Assembly: GCA_963801815.1 (NCBI GenBank)
Contig: CAWDGJ010000003.1
Span: 320,001 to 384,000 of the forward strand
DNA: 64,000 nucleotides
Direction: 5' to 3'
From: an uncultured Verrucomicrobiae bacterium
GTDB lineage: Bacteria > Verrucomicrobiota > Verrucomicrobiia > Chthoniobacterales > UBA10450
Below the pieces are notes generated by a model. The model saw nothing but the letters and a program-made list of their open reading frames with translations. It ran no database searches and was not told the origin of the DNA. The stretch's first letter is position 1. Every line of letters begins with the position of its first letter. Below are positions 1 to 9,860 of this stretch, piece after piece. The position numbers and the translations under genes were made by a program.

Positions 1-499
1 CAGGAATGTAAGTCGGCCGCGTTTTAGCGAAGCCAAAGTTGACATCTTCATTGGCCATGACTTTCTCAACGATCGCGCCAAGCTCTTTCACGTCATCGAG
101 ACCAATGAAGGCATCGACTTCGGGCATTTCCTGGTGCAATTCGTGCGCAAAACGCTGCGACATGCAGCCGCTCACGATCAATCTTTGACCGGGCCGCTTG
201 TTCAAACCCCGCGCCTGGTGCGCGGAGAGGATCGCATCAATTGATTCCTCCTTAGCCGAATCGATGAACGCGCATGTGTTCACGACGAGGACATCTGCCT
301 CGTCGGCCCATGACGTGATCTCCATTCCGCGCTCCAAGACACTTCCGAGCATAATCTCGGCATCTACCAGATTTTTGGCGCAGCCGAGACTGATCATGCC
401 AACTTTGGGCCTGTAGGGGACGCTGCTAGCGTCCCGCGTTGGCGTTGTAAAAGGGAAGCTGACAGCTTCCCCTACAGAAGGTTCGGGTTTTGGGCTCAC
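1..499 (-). CDS. rimO: Ribosomal protein S12 methylthiotransferase RimO, 5' part (runs off window)
   Basis: Manual translation: VSPKPEP...RPKVGMISLGCAKNLVDAEIMLG...ADVLVVNTCAFIDSAKEESIDAIL...IVSGCMSQR, the UPF0004 N-terminal motifs of RimO. GTG start at 499 is in frame and 5 nt after the upstream stop. Confidence 0.9.
   Translation of the reverse strand, partial: MSPKPEPSVGEAVSFPFTTPTRDASSVPYRPKVGMISLGCAKNLVDAEIMLGSVLERGMEITSWADEADVLVVNTCAFIDSAKEESIDAILSAHQARGLNKRPGQRLIVSGCMSQRFAHELHQEMPEVDAFIGLDDVKELGAIVEKVMANEDVNFGFAKTRPTYIP
411..477. repeat. GTAG-type REP doublet (REPIN-like) inside the rimO 5' coding region
   Basis: CTGTAG-GGGACGCTgctAGCGTCCC ... GGGAAGCTGaCAGCTTCCC-CTACAG: two inverted palindromes, each with a terminal GTAG/CTAC. 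Confidence 0.75.
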
Positions 500-504
500 G
501 CGAT

Positions 505-1644
505 TTACTCTACGGTGACATCTTCATCGTCACCGCTGATCGGTTTTCCGTTTTTCGTAATTCGAATGGCGTCGCGATCCAGCACTCGGACCGCGATCTT
601 TTGTCCGCGAAATTCGACGGTTCCGTCGGAAGGAGAGATCCAGCGTTCGAATGCCGGTTGCGACGAGCCGTTATCCACCACCACCTTGATATACGTTTTC
701 TTGAGCGGCTTGATGGCAACCTGATTTGGACCTTGCGCCTCCGTCGACTTTTGCGGCGACTCGGCTTTAGCTAAGTCCTCCGCTCGCACCGGCTCAGCCC
801 GCCGAACTTCGGGTTCCTTCGTCGGCGCAATGCCCGCCTTCACCTCCGGGTTCGCAATGCTCGTCTTCGCCGCTGGGTTCGCATTCGCAAAAGCCGGCAC
901 AAAGGCTTCCGGTATCGGGATCGACGGCGCCGGCGTTGAAACCGGCGGAGCAGGTTTCTTTGTCGCTTCGACGACTGCTACCGCAGCCTGCGAAGGCGCC
1001 CGTGATGGCGCCTGTGCTACAGGCGAAGGCGCGTGCGATGAAGCCTGCGCTACGGGAGAGGGTATGTGCGATGGGGCTTGTGCAATCGGCGCGGCTGGCG
1101 CTTGAACCGTCTGAGGCACTTGCGGCGCAGCGGTCTGTTGTGTTGGAACTCGCGCTTGTGCCGACTCGGACGATGTCGGCTGCGGAACGCCAATCATTTG
1201 ATGCGAGCCTAGCCGCTGAATCTTCATGATGAATTGCATCAAGACGAAGCCAGCGATGATGACGCCGATTGCGACCAATATTGGAAAAGGCGAAGAGCGA
1301 TTCCGCGTTCGCGGAGCGCGTACTGCAGCCGACGGGCGCGTTGGGCGAACGCGCCGCGGCTTCGGCGCCGGCTGATCTTGCAGGTAGGAATAACCGTCTA
1401 CCGTAACTTGTTGCGATGTCTCGAACGCATCCAGGTACGGCGTAACATCGACGTCGAGAAACTTTCCGTAAATCAACAGAAAGCCTTTGGCGTAGGCGAG
1501 ACTCGGGAATTGTGAAAAATCGTCAGCTTCAATTTCCGCGAGACGCGACGGCCGAATTTTCGTCAGCCGCGCGGCCTCGTCGAGGGTGAGGCCGCGAGCG
1601 ATTCGCGCGTCTTGAAATTTCTTGCCGAGACCTTCAATTGTCAT
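505..1644 (-). CDS. RodZ-like helix-turn-helix membrane protein
   Basis: N-terminal HTH (LGKKFQDARIARGLTLDEAARLTKI...LAYAKGFL), one TM segment, Pro/Ala-rich linker; ftsK-rodZ-rimO gene order is common. Confidence 0.75.
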   Translation of the reverse strand: MTIEGLGKKFQDARIARGLTLDEAARLTKIRPSRLAEIEADDFSQFPSLAYAKGFLLIYGKFLDVDVTPYLDAFETSQQVTVDGYSYLQDQPAPKPRRVRPTRPSAAVRAPRTRNRSSPFPILVAIGVIIAGFVLMQFIMKIQRLGSHQMIGVPQPTSSESAQARVPTQQTAAPQVPQTVQAPAAPIAQAPSHIPSPVAQASSHAPSPVAQAPSRAPSQAAVAVVEATKKPAPPVSTPAPSIPIPEAFVPAFANANPAAKTSIANPEVKAGIAPTKEPEVRRAEPVRAEDLAKAESPQKSTEAQGPNQVAIKPLKKTYIKVVVDNGSSQPAFERWISPSDGTVEFRGQKIAVRVLDRDAIRITKNGKPISGDDEDVTVE

Positions 1645-1658
1645 GACGGATTTGCCGG

Positions 1659-4073
1659 TTAAACAGCGGCGTCGAGATCGACCAGGATCTCTCGCGGTTT
1701 GGCGCCTTCGCCGGGACCCAAAATACCGCGCTGCTCCAGAATATCAACGATGCGCGCGGCCCGCGTGTAGCCTAACCGCAAGCGCCTTTGCAGGAGCGAC
1801 GTGGACGCGCGTTTTTCCTGGCGGATGATCTCCAAACACTTCTCCACGAGCTCTTCGTCCTCTTCACTCACTTCGTCGTCTGTCGAACTCGATGTCGCCT
1901 GAAGTTTTTCATGCATCGCGGGATCGAACGTCGGCCTGCCTTGGGCCGAGACGAACTCCACCAAGCGCCGAATTTCTTCATCGGTCACGAGTACGCCTTG
2001 GGCGCGGATCAATCGCGACGCGCTTGGTGGGAGATAAAGCATGTCGCCCTGGCCTAACAAACGGTCCGCGCCGTTTTCATCGAGAATCACACGACTGTCG
2101 ATCTTGCTTGCGACCTGGAACGCGATCCGGCTCGGAATATTCGCCTTGATCACGCCGGTGATCACGTCCGCGCGCGGTGTTTGCGTGGCCACAATTAAAT
2201 GGATGCCCGCCGCGCGCGCCATCTGGGTGATGCGCGCGATGGCGCCCTCAACATCCGCCGGTGCGGTTTGCATGAGATCCGCTAATTCATCGATCACGAC
2301 CAGGACGTATGGAATTTTTTCCGGGATCGGCGTTTCGTCCTCGCGCGGAACTTTGATTTCACCCGTATCCTGACCGGGAGTTTCACCCATTTCCGCAGCG
2401 GTTTTCTTTTTCGGGCGCGCGTTGAAGCTGATGATGTTTCGCACACCGACCCGCGCGAACATCTTGTATCGACGCTCCATTTCGTCGATCAACCAACGGA
2501 GCGCGAGCAACACTTTCTTGGGGTCGGTCACGACTGGAAACGCGAGGTGTGGCAGCGCGTTGTAATGCTGCAGTTCCACAACTTTCGGGTCGATCATGAT
2601 AAAACGCAGCTCTTCCGGCGTGAATCGGAACAGCACGCTGGCCACAAGCGCATTTATACAGACGCTCTTGCCTGCGCCCGTCGTGCCGGCCACGAGCAAA
2701 TGCGGCATCTGAGCGAGATCAGCGATAATCGCTTTCCCGTAAACGTCCTTGCCGAGCGCCAGCGGAACTTTGCAGCGGCCTTTCGCTTCTTCCCAATCGC
2801 CGGATTCGAGCAGCTCGCGCAACGTCACAGTGACCTTGCGCGTGTTTGCCAGTTCAATACCGACGGTGTCTTTGCCGGGAATCGGCGCCAGAATGTTGAT
2901 ACGCTCGGCGCGCGTTGCCCGCGCGAGATCGCGTTCCAGACTCACGATTTTGTCCACCCGCACGCCTTTCGCCGGATACACTTCGTAGCGCGTTATGGTC
3001 GGCCCTTTGGTGATGTCGCCCGGAGCGACGGCGATTCCGAATTGTCCGAGTGTGTCGATCAGTGTTTGCTGAACACGTTGCAATTCGCCCGGATCCGCGC
3101 CGCCTCGCCCTTCGGGATCGTGTTCGTTCAATAAATCGAGCCCGGGCAACGCATAATTTTTTCCATCCCAGGCGCGACTGGTTAGGCCGGTGGGGGCGGA
3201 TGTCGATCTTCCCACAGATCCCGAGCCCCGCAATTCCGCCAGAGACGGCTTCTTGCGCGCGGTGACTGGCTCTCCCGGGAGCGCGGTGGTGTCGACAACT
3301 TTCGGCGCCGGACGGCCCGCCAATTCTTCCGGCGAAATAAATGTCGCGGCCGGTTTCGGAACGGGAGCACCCAACTTCTTGAGCCGCTTTTCTACCGAAC
3401 GCTGCTCTTTTGCCTTCTCCTTTTTTTGGATTTCGAGCTGGCCCTTGATGTCGGCCTTCCGGAGTTTTCGAGTCAATCGCCATTGATAAAGGCTCGCGAA
3501 CGCGCCGCGCGTGCCGGAAACCGTTTGCTGCACGAGATAAATTGGTCGCAGTCCGGTCATCAAAATCAGGCTCGCGGCGTAAATTGCACTAAGCAGAATG
3601 ATTGAGCCGACTTTGCCCATCGAAGTGAGCAGGAGCGTTTTTCCAAAAACGTAGCCGACCCAACCGCCGGACCCGGGAATGTTAAAAGCGTGTTTCCAAC
3701 CCGTGAGGTGTTGTGTTTGAAGTTGGAGAAGACACGCACCTGATGCGATGAAGAGAATAGTCCACGGCAAGCGGGTGAATAGCCGCAAGCTTGCGTGAAA
3801 TAGTTTCATTGCTCCGAAGAAGAGGAGAACGCCCGCGAGTAAGTACGACGCTGCACCTATCAAATAATAAAAGACGCTCGCGAGAATGGCGCCAAAGGGC
3901 CCGATAAAGTTTTGGGCTGGTCGATTTGGCGGGGAAAGGTAACTCCACGGTATCCAGCCCGGCAGATCCTTTGGGTTGTAGGAAATCAACGCGAGGAAAA
4001 GCAGAGTCCCGACGCCGAGTAAAATTATGGCGACGACTTCGTTCCAGGCACTGTTCTTTGAGCTGCGGGACAC
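1659..4073 (-). CDS. ftsK: DNA translocase FtsK
   Basis: 4TM N-terminus, MPHLLVAGTTGAGKS Walker A, VIDELADLM Walker B, C-terminal gamma domain (ASTSLLQRRLRLGYTRAARIVD). Confidence 0.96.
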   Translation of the reverse strand: MSRSSKNSAWNEVVAIILLGVGTLLFLALISYNPKDLPGWIPWSYLSPPNRPAQNFIGPFGAILASVFYYLIGAASYLLAGVLLFFGAMKLFHASLRLFTRLPWTILFIASGACLLQLQTQHLTGWKHAFNIPGSGGWVGYVFGKTLLLTSMGKVGSIILLSAIYAASLILMTGLRPIYLVQQTVSGTRGAFASLYQWRLTRKLRKADIKGQLEIQKKEKAKEQRSVEKRLKKLGAPVPKPAATFISPEELAGRPAPKVVDTTALPGEPVTARKKPSLAELRGSGSVGRSTSAPTGLTSRAWDGKNYALPGLDLLNEHDPEGRGGADPGELQRVQQTLIDTLGQFGIAVAPGDITKGPTITRYEVYPAKGVRVDKIVSLERDLARATRAERINILAPIPGKDTVGIELANTRKVTVTLRELLESGDWEEAKGRCKVPLALGKDVYGKAIIADLAQMPHLLVAGTTGAGKSVCINALVASVLFRFTPEELRFIMIDPKVVELQHYNALPHLAFPVVTDPKKVLLALRWLIDEMERRYKMFARVGVRNIISFNARPKKKTAAEMGETPGQDTGEIKVPREDETPIPEKIPYVLVVIDELADLMQTAPADVEGAIARITQMARAAGIHLIVATQTPRADVITGVIKANIPSRIAFQVASKIDSRVILDENGADRLLGQGDMLYLPPSASRLIRAQGVLVTDEEIRRLVEFVSAQGRPTFDPAMHEKLQATSSSTDDEVSEEDEELVEKCLEIIRQEKRASTSLLQRRLRLGYTRAARIVDILEQRGILGPGEGAKPREILVDLDAAV

Positions 4074-4122
4074 CGGCGATCGCTCATACTAATGCTGCAT
4101 GCGCGGCGTTTATCAACAAACT

Positions 4123-4181
4123 CTCTTGCTCGTGCTCTTACTCTTGATCTCGATCCAAAGAGCATGAGCAAGACGAAGAGC
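4123..4181. repeat. Hexamer-based palindromic intergenic element
   Basis: CTCTTGCTCGTGCTCTT (4123-4139) is nearly complementary to AAGAGCATGAGCAAGA (4158-4173). Confidence 0.55.
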
Positions 4182-4236
4182 CTGACGCTTTCATCTTGCG
4201 TGACCTGCACCCGCGCCTTTACTGTCCGAGCGCATT

Positions 4237-4479
4237 ATGCATTTTGGTGTTCGCGAAATGGTCGCCACGATCTCTGCCGCTGCTCTGATTTTCTTCTGTT
4301 CCTGCGAGAAACATCGCATCGGCGAAGATCCGGAAGTTCAGAAGGAACATGTCGATGAAGCGAAAGGCGGCGGCGACGAGGAGAATGCTTCCGGGTCAAG
4401 CAGGGCGGAGGCTACTGAAAACGCGACGCCAAATCGTACGCCGGCCGAATTTTTCCCGAAAACTACGCCTTCGCCTTAA
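4237..4479 (+). CDS. Small hypothetical lipoprotein
   Basis: Hydrophobic leader ending FFCSC, acidic tail, 12 nt before the transporter start. Confidence 0.55.
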   Translation: MHFGVREMVATISAAALIFFCSCEKHRIGEDPEVQKEHVDEAKGGGDEENASGSSRAEATENATPNRTPAEFFPKTTPSP

Positions 4480-4491
4480 GGAGAACTCTTT

Positions 4492-5970
4492 ATGGCCAAT
4501 CATAAGCATATGACGTCGCCGCCCAATATGACCGGGATGCCGCCCGGCGTCCCGTACATCATCGGCAACGAAGCGGCCGAGCGTTTCTCTTATTATGGGA
4601 TGAAGTCGGTCCTGACCGTCTTCATGGCGCATTACATCCTGAATCAGTCGGGCGTGCTGGCGCCGATGGTGGAAAACGAAGCCTACATGTACACGCACTA
4701 CTTCGTTTTCGGCGTGTATTTCCTCCCAATCCTCGGCGCAATCCTAGCTGACGGCTGGATCGGCAAATATTGGACGATCCTATCGCTGTCGATCGTTTAC
4801 TGCTTCGGGAACCTCACTCTCGCGTGCATGGCCACATCGTGGGGAATTGGAATCGGTCAGCGGACGATGCTCGCGGTCGGATTGTTCCTGATCTGTTTGG
4901 GGGCAGGCGGAATCAAACCGTGCGTGTCGGCCAACGTCGGCGACCAGTTTGGCGAGACGAACAAACATTTGCTCTCGAAAATGTTTGGCTGGTTCTATTT
5001 CTCGATCAATGCCGGTTCGTTTATTTCTTCCATTTGGTGTCCAAAGCTTCTGGCGAATTCGAGTTACGGCCCCGCATGGGCGTTTGGAATTCCCGGCGTT
5101 GCGATGTTGATTGCTACTTTGTTCTTCTGGGGCGGCCGCAAGAAAATGGTGCACGTGCCGCCGGCCGGCCTCGGTTATCTGAAAGAAACATTCAGTAAGG
5201 AAGGTCTGATCACCCTTGGCCGAATCGCGATGGTTTACTTTTTCATTTTATTTTTCTGGGGGCTCTGGGGCATGAGCAATGGCGCCGAGTGGACCTTGCA
5301 AGCCGAGAAAATGGATCTCCACGTTTCCTGGTTGCCTTGGATCGACCTTGTTTTTTCGCCATTTCATATTTCCGCAGGCTGGGGGCTCGATTTACTCGCT
5401 GCGCAGGTGCAAACCGCAAATCCAATCTTGATTCTGATTTTTATTCCGCTGGTCAATTACGTTATTTATCCGTTGATCAACGCTGTCTTCCCGCTCACGC
5501 CGCTGCGCAAAATCGGTATTGGGCTTTTCATTACCGCCCTCTCCTTCGTCATGATCGTTGTGATCCAGGGGTGGGTCGATGCGGGTATGAAGCCAACAAT
5601 CAATTGGCAATTCTTCGCCTATGCCGTCCTTACACTTGGAGAAGCGATGGTTTCGATTACCGGTCTTGAGTTCTCATATACTCAAGCACCGAATTCGATG
5701 AAGAGCTCGGTCATGGCATTGTGGCTACTCACGGTTGCCTCGGGCGAACTCTTCGTCGGCCTCGTCAACAAATGGATTTTGGGGCAAGGCGAAGGGCACA
5801 AGCTCAACGACTATCAGTACTTCACGTTTTTCACATGGCTGATGTTCGGAGCTGCCGTCGTTTTCGTCATCGTCGCCTGTTTCTACAAGGGACGGACCTA
5901 CCTGCAATCCCAGCTGACGCTTGATGAAATTGCCACCGAGCCGATTCTTCACGGTGGCACACCGAGCTAA
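4492..5970 (+). CDS. POT/PTR family proton-dependent oligopeptide transporter
   Basis: ExxERFSYYG motif (NEAAERFSYYG), GGIKPCVSANVGDQF, FYFSINAGS; AAGGAG RBS. Confidence 0.93.
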   Translation: MANHKHMTSPPNMTGMPPGVPYIIGNEAAERFSYYGMKSVLTVFMAHYILNQSGVLAPMVENEAYMYTHYFVFGVYFLPILGAILADGWIGKYWTILSLSIVYCFGNLTLACMATSWGIGIGQRTMLAVGLFLICLGAGGIKPCVSANVGDQFGETNKHLLSKMFGWFYFSINAGSFISSIWCPKLLANSSYGPAWAFGIPGVAMLIATLFFWGGRKKMVHVPPAGLGYLKETFSKEGLITLGRIAMVYFFILFFWGLWGMSNGAEWTLQAEKMDLHVSWLPWIDLVFSPFHISAGWGLDLLAAQVQTANPILILIFIPLVNYVIYPLINAVFPLTPLRKIGIGLFITALSFVMIVVIQGWVDAGMKPTINWQFFAYAVLTLGEAMVSITGLEFSYTQAPNSMKSSVMALWLLTVASGELFVGLVNKWILGQGEGHKLNDYQYFTFFTWLMFGAAVVFVIVACFYKGRTYLQSQLTLDEIATEPILHGGTPS

Positions 5971-5976
5971 TTCCGA

Positions 5977-7707
5977 ATGAAAACCGTTATTATCACCGCA
6001 TGCGTACTGTCGTTGTCGATCTTCGGGGCTTTCGCAAACCCGCAAGACGGTCAGTTCGAGAAAATCGCGAAGGATTATTGTGAAAATTATCTCGCGTCAC
6101 ATCCTGAGGCCGCGACCGAGCTCGGGGACCATCGCTTCGACGGCGTGCTAAGCGATTACTCGCTGGAGACCCGCAGCCGCATGCTTGCCAGCGCCAAGCA
6201 GTTTCGAGAAGCGCTCAAGAAGTTTGACGATTACAAACAATTGACCGGCGCCAACCAGGTCGACGTCCGAATTCTGCGCGACAATGTGGATCGCGAGATC
6301 TTTTCGTTGGAAGAGTTGCGCGAAGCGGAGTGGAATCCACTCGTTTACAACCAAAGTCTGGCCAACAGCCTGTATCTGCTAGTGGCGCGGGATTTCGATT
6401 CCGCCGAAACGCGCATTCCAAATTTGCGCCAACGAATGGAAGGAATTCCGAATGTGATCAAGGAGGCGGAAGCGAACCTGCAGCATCCGCCGCGAATTCA
6501 CACTGAGACTGCGATCGAACAGGTCCAAGGCGCGATCAATCTGGTGCGCAATGGTCTCGACCCGTTGCTCAATCAAGCCCCACAACTAAAGAAAGACATC
6601 GAGCCGATTCAGGAAAAGACCGCCCAAGCCCTGGAAGGCTACAAAAAGTGGTTGCAGCAGGATCTGCTCAAACGCTCGGATGGCGATTTCCGCATCGGGG
6701 CCGACAAGTTCCGTAAGAAACTGCATTTCGCGCTCGCATCCGACTTGTCGATGGAGGAAGTGATGAAGCGGGCTCAGACCGAACTGGCGCAGAAACAAAA
6801 CGAGATCTATGAAACGGCGTTGCCGCTTTACAAAAAATATTTTCCAAAAGCGGACGCGAAAACCCTGGCTGACAAAAAGAAAGTTACGGCTGCCGTGTTG
6901 AACAAGCTGGCCGAGCAACATCAGGATGACAACACGGTGGTTGGCTACGCGCAAAAAGTCGTAAACGAAGCGACTCAGTTTGTGAAGGAGCATAGCCTGG
7001 TGACAGTGCCAAACGTGCCTCTCGATGTGGTCGCCATGCCGGAATTCAAGCGTGGCGTTGCCATTGCCTATTGCGATTCGCCTGGACCGCTGGAAAAAAA
7101 TGGAAAAACCTTTTTCGCGATTTCCCCGACACCGAAAGACTGGTCGAAAGAGAAGAAGGACTCGTTCTTTCGCGAGAACAACAACTACTTCCTGCGGGAC
7201 CTGACGGTGCACGAAGCTATGCCCGGTCACTATTTGCAACTGGCGCACTCCAACGAATTCAAGGCACCGACACTCGTCCGCGCGATTTTCGACAGCGGTA
7301 CTTTCGTAGAGGGATGGGCGGTTTACACCGAGCAGATGATGGCGGAGCAAGGTTACGGTGGACCGGAAGTCAAAATGCAGCAGCTGAAAATGCGATTGCG
7401 CGCCATTGCCAACGCCATTCTCGACCAAAGTATCCACGCCGGGAAGATGACCGAGCAGCAGGCGATGGGCTTGATGACGAAGGAAACTTTCCAGGAACAA
7501 GGCGAGGCGACGCTGAAATGGAAACGCGCGCGTCTCACCTCCGCGCAGCTCTCCACTTATTTTGTCGGAGTGAGCGAACATCTCGATCTCCGCGAAGCGG
7601 CCAAGCAGAAATGGGGCAAGGATTTCGACCTGAAGAGGTATAATGATCAGGTAATTTCCTACGGCAGCCCGCCGGTGAAATACGTCCGCGAGCTAATGGG
7701 ACTATAA
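5977..7707 (+). CDS. DUF885 family secreted protein (putative metallopeptidase)
   Basis: Signal peptide; VHEAMPGHYLQ and FVEGWAVYTE motifs typical of DUF885. Confidence 0.85.
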   Translation: MKTVIITACVLSLSIFGAFANPQDGQFEKIAKDYCENYLASHPEAATELGDHRFDGVLSDYSLETRSRMLASAKQFREALKKFDDYKQLTGANQVDVRILRDNVDREIFSLEELREAEWNPLVYNQSLANSLYLLVARDFDSAETRIPNLRQRMEGIPNVIKEAEANLQHPPRIHTETAIEQVQGAINLVRNGLDPLLNQAPQLKKDIEPIQEKTAQALEGYKKWLQQDLLKRSDGDFRIGADKFRKKLHFALASDLSMEEVMKRAQTELAQKQNEIYETALPLYKKYFPKADAKTLADKKKVTAAVLNKLAEQHQDDNTVVGYAQKVVNEATQFVKEHSLVTVPNVPLDVVAMPEFKRGVAIAYCDSPGPLEKNGKTFFAISPTPKDWSKEKKDSFFRENNNYFLRDLTVHEAMPGHYLQLAHSNEFKAPTLVRAIFDSGTFVEGWAVYTEQMMAEQGYGGPEVKMQQLKMRLRAIANAILDQSIHAGKMTEQQAMGLMTKETFQEQGEATLKWKRARLTSAQLSTYFVGVSEHLDLREAAKQKWGKDFDLKRYNDQVISYGSPPVKYVRELMGL

Positions 7708-7722
7708 CTACGAATTTAATTG

Positions 7723-7860
7723 CGAAATTCGAATGTCGAATATCGAAACAAGCCCAAATGACGAAAGTCTAAATTCAAAGTTTCCTGGAGTGTTTGTTTT
7801 GAGCTTCAAAGTTTTGGAAATTGTTTCGGATTTCGAGTTTCGGGTTTCGGACTTCCGATT
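7723..7860. repeat. Palindromic heptad-repeat element (TTCGAAA/TTTCGAG type), copy 1
   Basis: Left arm CGAAATTCGAATGTCGAATATCGAAACAA, right arm TTGTTTCGGATTTCGAGTTTCGGGTTTCG; similar to the reverse complement of 17661-17792. Confidence 0.7.
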
Positions 7861-7900
7861 TCCTCGGTCATTCGTCATTTATTAATCGGTCATTCCGATC

Positions 7901-8533
7901 ATGCCTAAGCTGGCCACCTGGTTGCGCGAGAAAGATGAAAAATGGTTTGCGCCGTTTTTCGCCAGGCACGTCCAGATCGAAATTTGTGATGTTCGCAAAC
8001 TCGAAGTTTCAATGGCGGATGTCGACGGACTTCTTTTGACCGGCGGCTCCGATATCGCGCCGGAATTTCTACGGCAACCGATTCCCGATCCATCCGTTCT
8101 CGAACAGGATGTCGATCCTGTGCGCGACCGCTGGGAATTCGCGGCTGTTGATCAAGCGCTCGCACGCGGTTTGCCTGTCCTCGCCATTTGCAAAGGCATG
8201 CAACTTTTCAATGTCGCGCTTGGCGGCACACTGAAGCTCGACATTCCGGGTCACAAAGCGCCAGAGCAAAAGGACAACGACGTTCAACATTTGCGGTCGG
8301 ACACAAAAGCAGTGCATCGATTCGACAAAGTGAACAGCTCTCATCACCAGGCAGTCGATTCGTTAGGCGAGGGCCTGACAGTTGAGTCGTGGTGCGCAAA
8401 TGACGACATGATCGAGCAAATCCGTCTCCTTGATTATCCGTTCGCGGTCGGCGTTCAATATCACCCCGAGCGTGGCAGGATTTACGATTCACTATTCGAA
8501 GATTTCTTCTCGCGATTGCTGGACAACCGATAA
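7901..8533 (+). CDS. Peptidase C26 / gamma-glutamyl hydrolase (class I glutamine amidotransferase)
   Basis: GLLLTGGSD, LAICKGMQ nucleophile, VNSSHHQAV, GVQYHPE. Confidence 0.9.
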   Translation: MPKLATWLREKDEKWFAPFFARHVQIEICDVRKLEVSMADVDGLLLTGGSDIAPEFLRQPIPDPSVLEQDVDPVRDRWEFAAVDQALARGLPVLAICKGMQLFNVALGGTLKLDIPGHKAPEQKDNDVQHLRSDTKAVHRFDKVNSSHHQAVDSLGEGLTVESWCANDDMIEQIRLLDYPFAVGVQYHPERGRIYDSLFEDFFSRLLDNR

Positions 8534-8582
8534 ATCATTTAGTCGCTAAATCGCTAGCTTTTCGTGTCCGCGCCGCAAAACA

Positions 8583-9860
8583 CTATCGCGATCGCGCGCT
8601 GACCCTGCTCTTCAACTCCACCGCTCTCCGGAGCGCGTTCGAGAAACTGTTCGGCTCCAACGCAGATGATTCTTGGTGTTGATACGCAATCGGCGGCTTG
8701 CTCAGATCGGTGATCTCAAATTCCGCCGGCACATCGCCCATTACTTTTCGGAAGAACCTCGTTTGCGTTTCTGAAAACGGAAAGCACCGCCAGAGAGCGT
8801 AAGAATTGAGCCCGTTGTTCAGGGCCGTGCGCGAAACCGTCGAAGAAACAGAGTAGACCGCTTCGATTGCCGCGAAGTGTCGCAGGAAATACAGGTCGGC
8901 AACTTCACGATCGTCTTCGACGCGAAGACCGTTGAGGTTGAGTTGGCTCGCTTCGCCTTTTTCGAATGGATGCGGCCGGTAAACCAGATCGCGACCCGGG
9001 TAATTCCGGCGAAGAAAATCGAGACAACGATCCAGGTGCTCGATGTAAACCTCGGGCTGGAGGTTTTGAACGAGAAGAAATGGCGTGCCGAAAAAAATCA
9101 CCCGTGGTTGCCTCCCCGCCGTAGCCATGGCGGAGACGGATCGATCCTGCGCGTTATCAAACTTCCCTGAGAAATCGTGCAACTCAGCGATGCTGGGAAA
9201 ACGTGAAGGAATAATCTGGTGTTCGGCGCGAGCGGGCAGTTCACCGCCGCTGTTGCTCATGAAAACGATCACGTCAAAAACTTCCTCCGGATCCTTTTGC
9301 AAACGCCGGAGACGCACGCCGTCCCCGCCGGGATTGATCCGCGGCTTGTAATGAATCGTTCGCTCGACCCCTGCCATTGGCTCGACGAAACGGTTCTGCA
9401 ACCAGCCTGAAGTCGTGAATCGGTAGCGCGCGCGATCGCCAGTGCGTGTGAGTTCACCGTAAGCCTTTTGCGAAACGGTGAGAATTTTATAGACGTCCGG
9501 GTGCGCCGAAAGTGCGGCATTGCCCAACCCCAACAGGCCGGCAAGACAAAGGAGGATGTCGTTTTCGGGGTCGATCGGCAGCGCGCCGACACCCCGTTGT
9601 CGATTCACGTTCGCGCGATAAAGCCGAGATAGATCCTTCAATCCGCGACAGGTTTTCACTTTTGGAAACGCGTGCACGTCGGCGAACCCGCCGACGAACT
9701 CTCGCCACTTGGCGTTTTCCCACCACTTTGATTCCTCGCGTAACAGATGGATTCCGCCCGGAAATCTCGGGCCCAGCGCGTCAGCGGCCACCAGCGCATT
9801 GGGCAACCGGTCCGGCCGCGAAATCACAATCCACAGTTTCGAGTTGGCAGCCATCGTCAC
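8583..9860 (-). CDS. Hypothetical protein, possible sialyltransferase-like GT-B glycosyltransferase
   Basis: 425-aa ORF overlapping the queE stop; C-terminal YRPHP and SVSST motifs resemble the HP and SS/T motifs of bacterial sialyltransferases. Confidence 0.5.
   Translation of the reverse strand: MTMAANSKLWIVISRPDRLPNALVAADALGPRFPGGIHLLREESKWWENAKWREFVGGFADVHAFPKVKTCRGLKDLSRLYRANVNRQRGVGALPIDPENDILLCLAGLLGLGNAALSAHPDVYKILTVSQKAYGELTRTGDRARYRFTTSGWLQNRFVEPMAGVERTIHYKPRINPGGDGVRLRRLQKDPEEVFDVIVFMSNSGGELPARAEHQIIPSRFPSIAELHDFSGKFDNAQDRSVSAMATAGRQPRVIFFGTPFLLVQNLQPEVYIEHLDRCLDFLRRNYPGRDLVYRPHPFEKGEASQLNLNGLRVEDDREVADLYFLRHFAAIEAVYSVSSTVSRTALNNGLNSYALWRCFPFSETQTRFFRKVMGDVPAEFEITDLSKPPIAYQHQESSALEPNSFSNALRRAVELKSRVSARSR

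Noticed and set aside
6586..7581. Long antisense ORFs (also 11662-12405, 28278-29048, 36771-37601)
   Set aside because: They are shadows of well-supported genes on the opposite strand and have no recognisable motifs.
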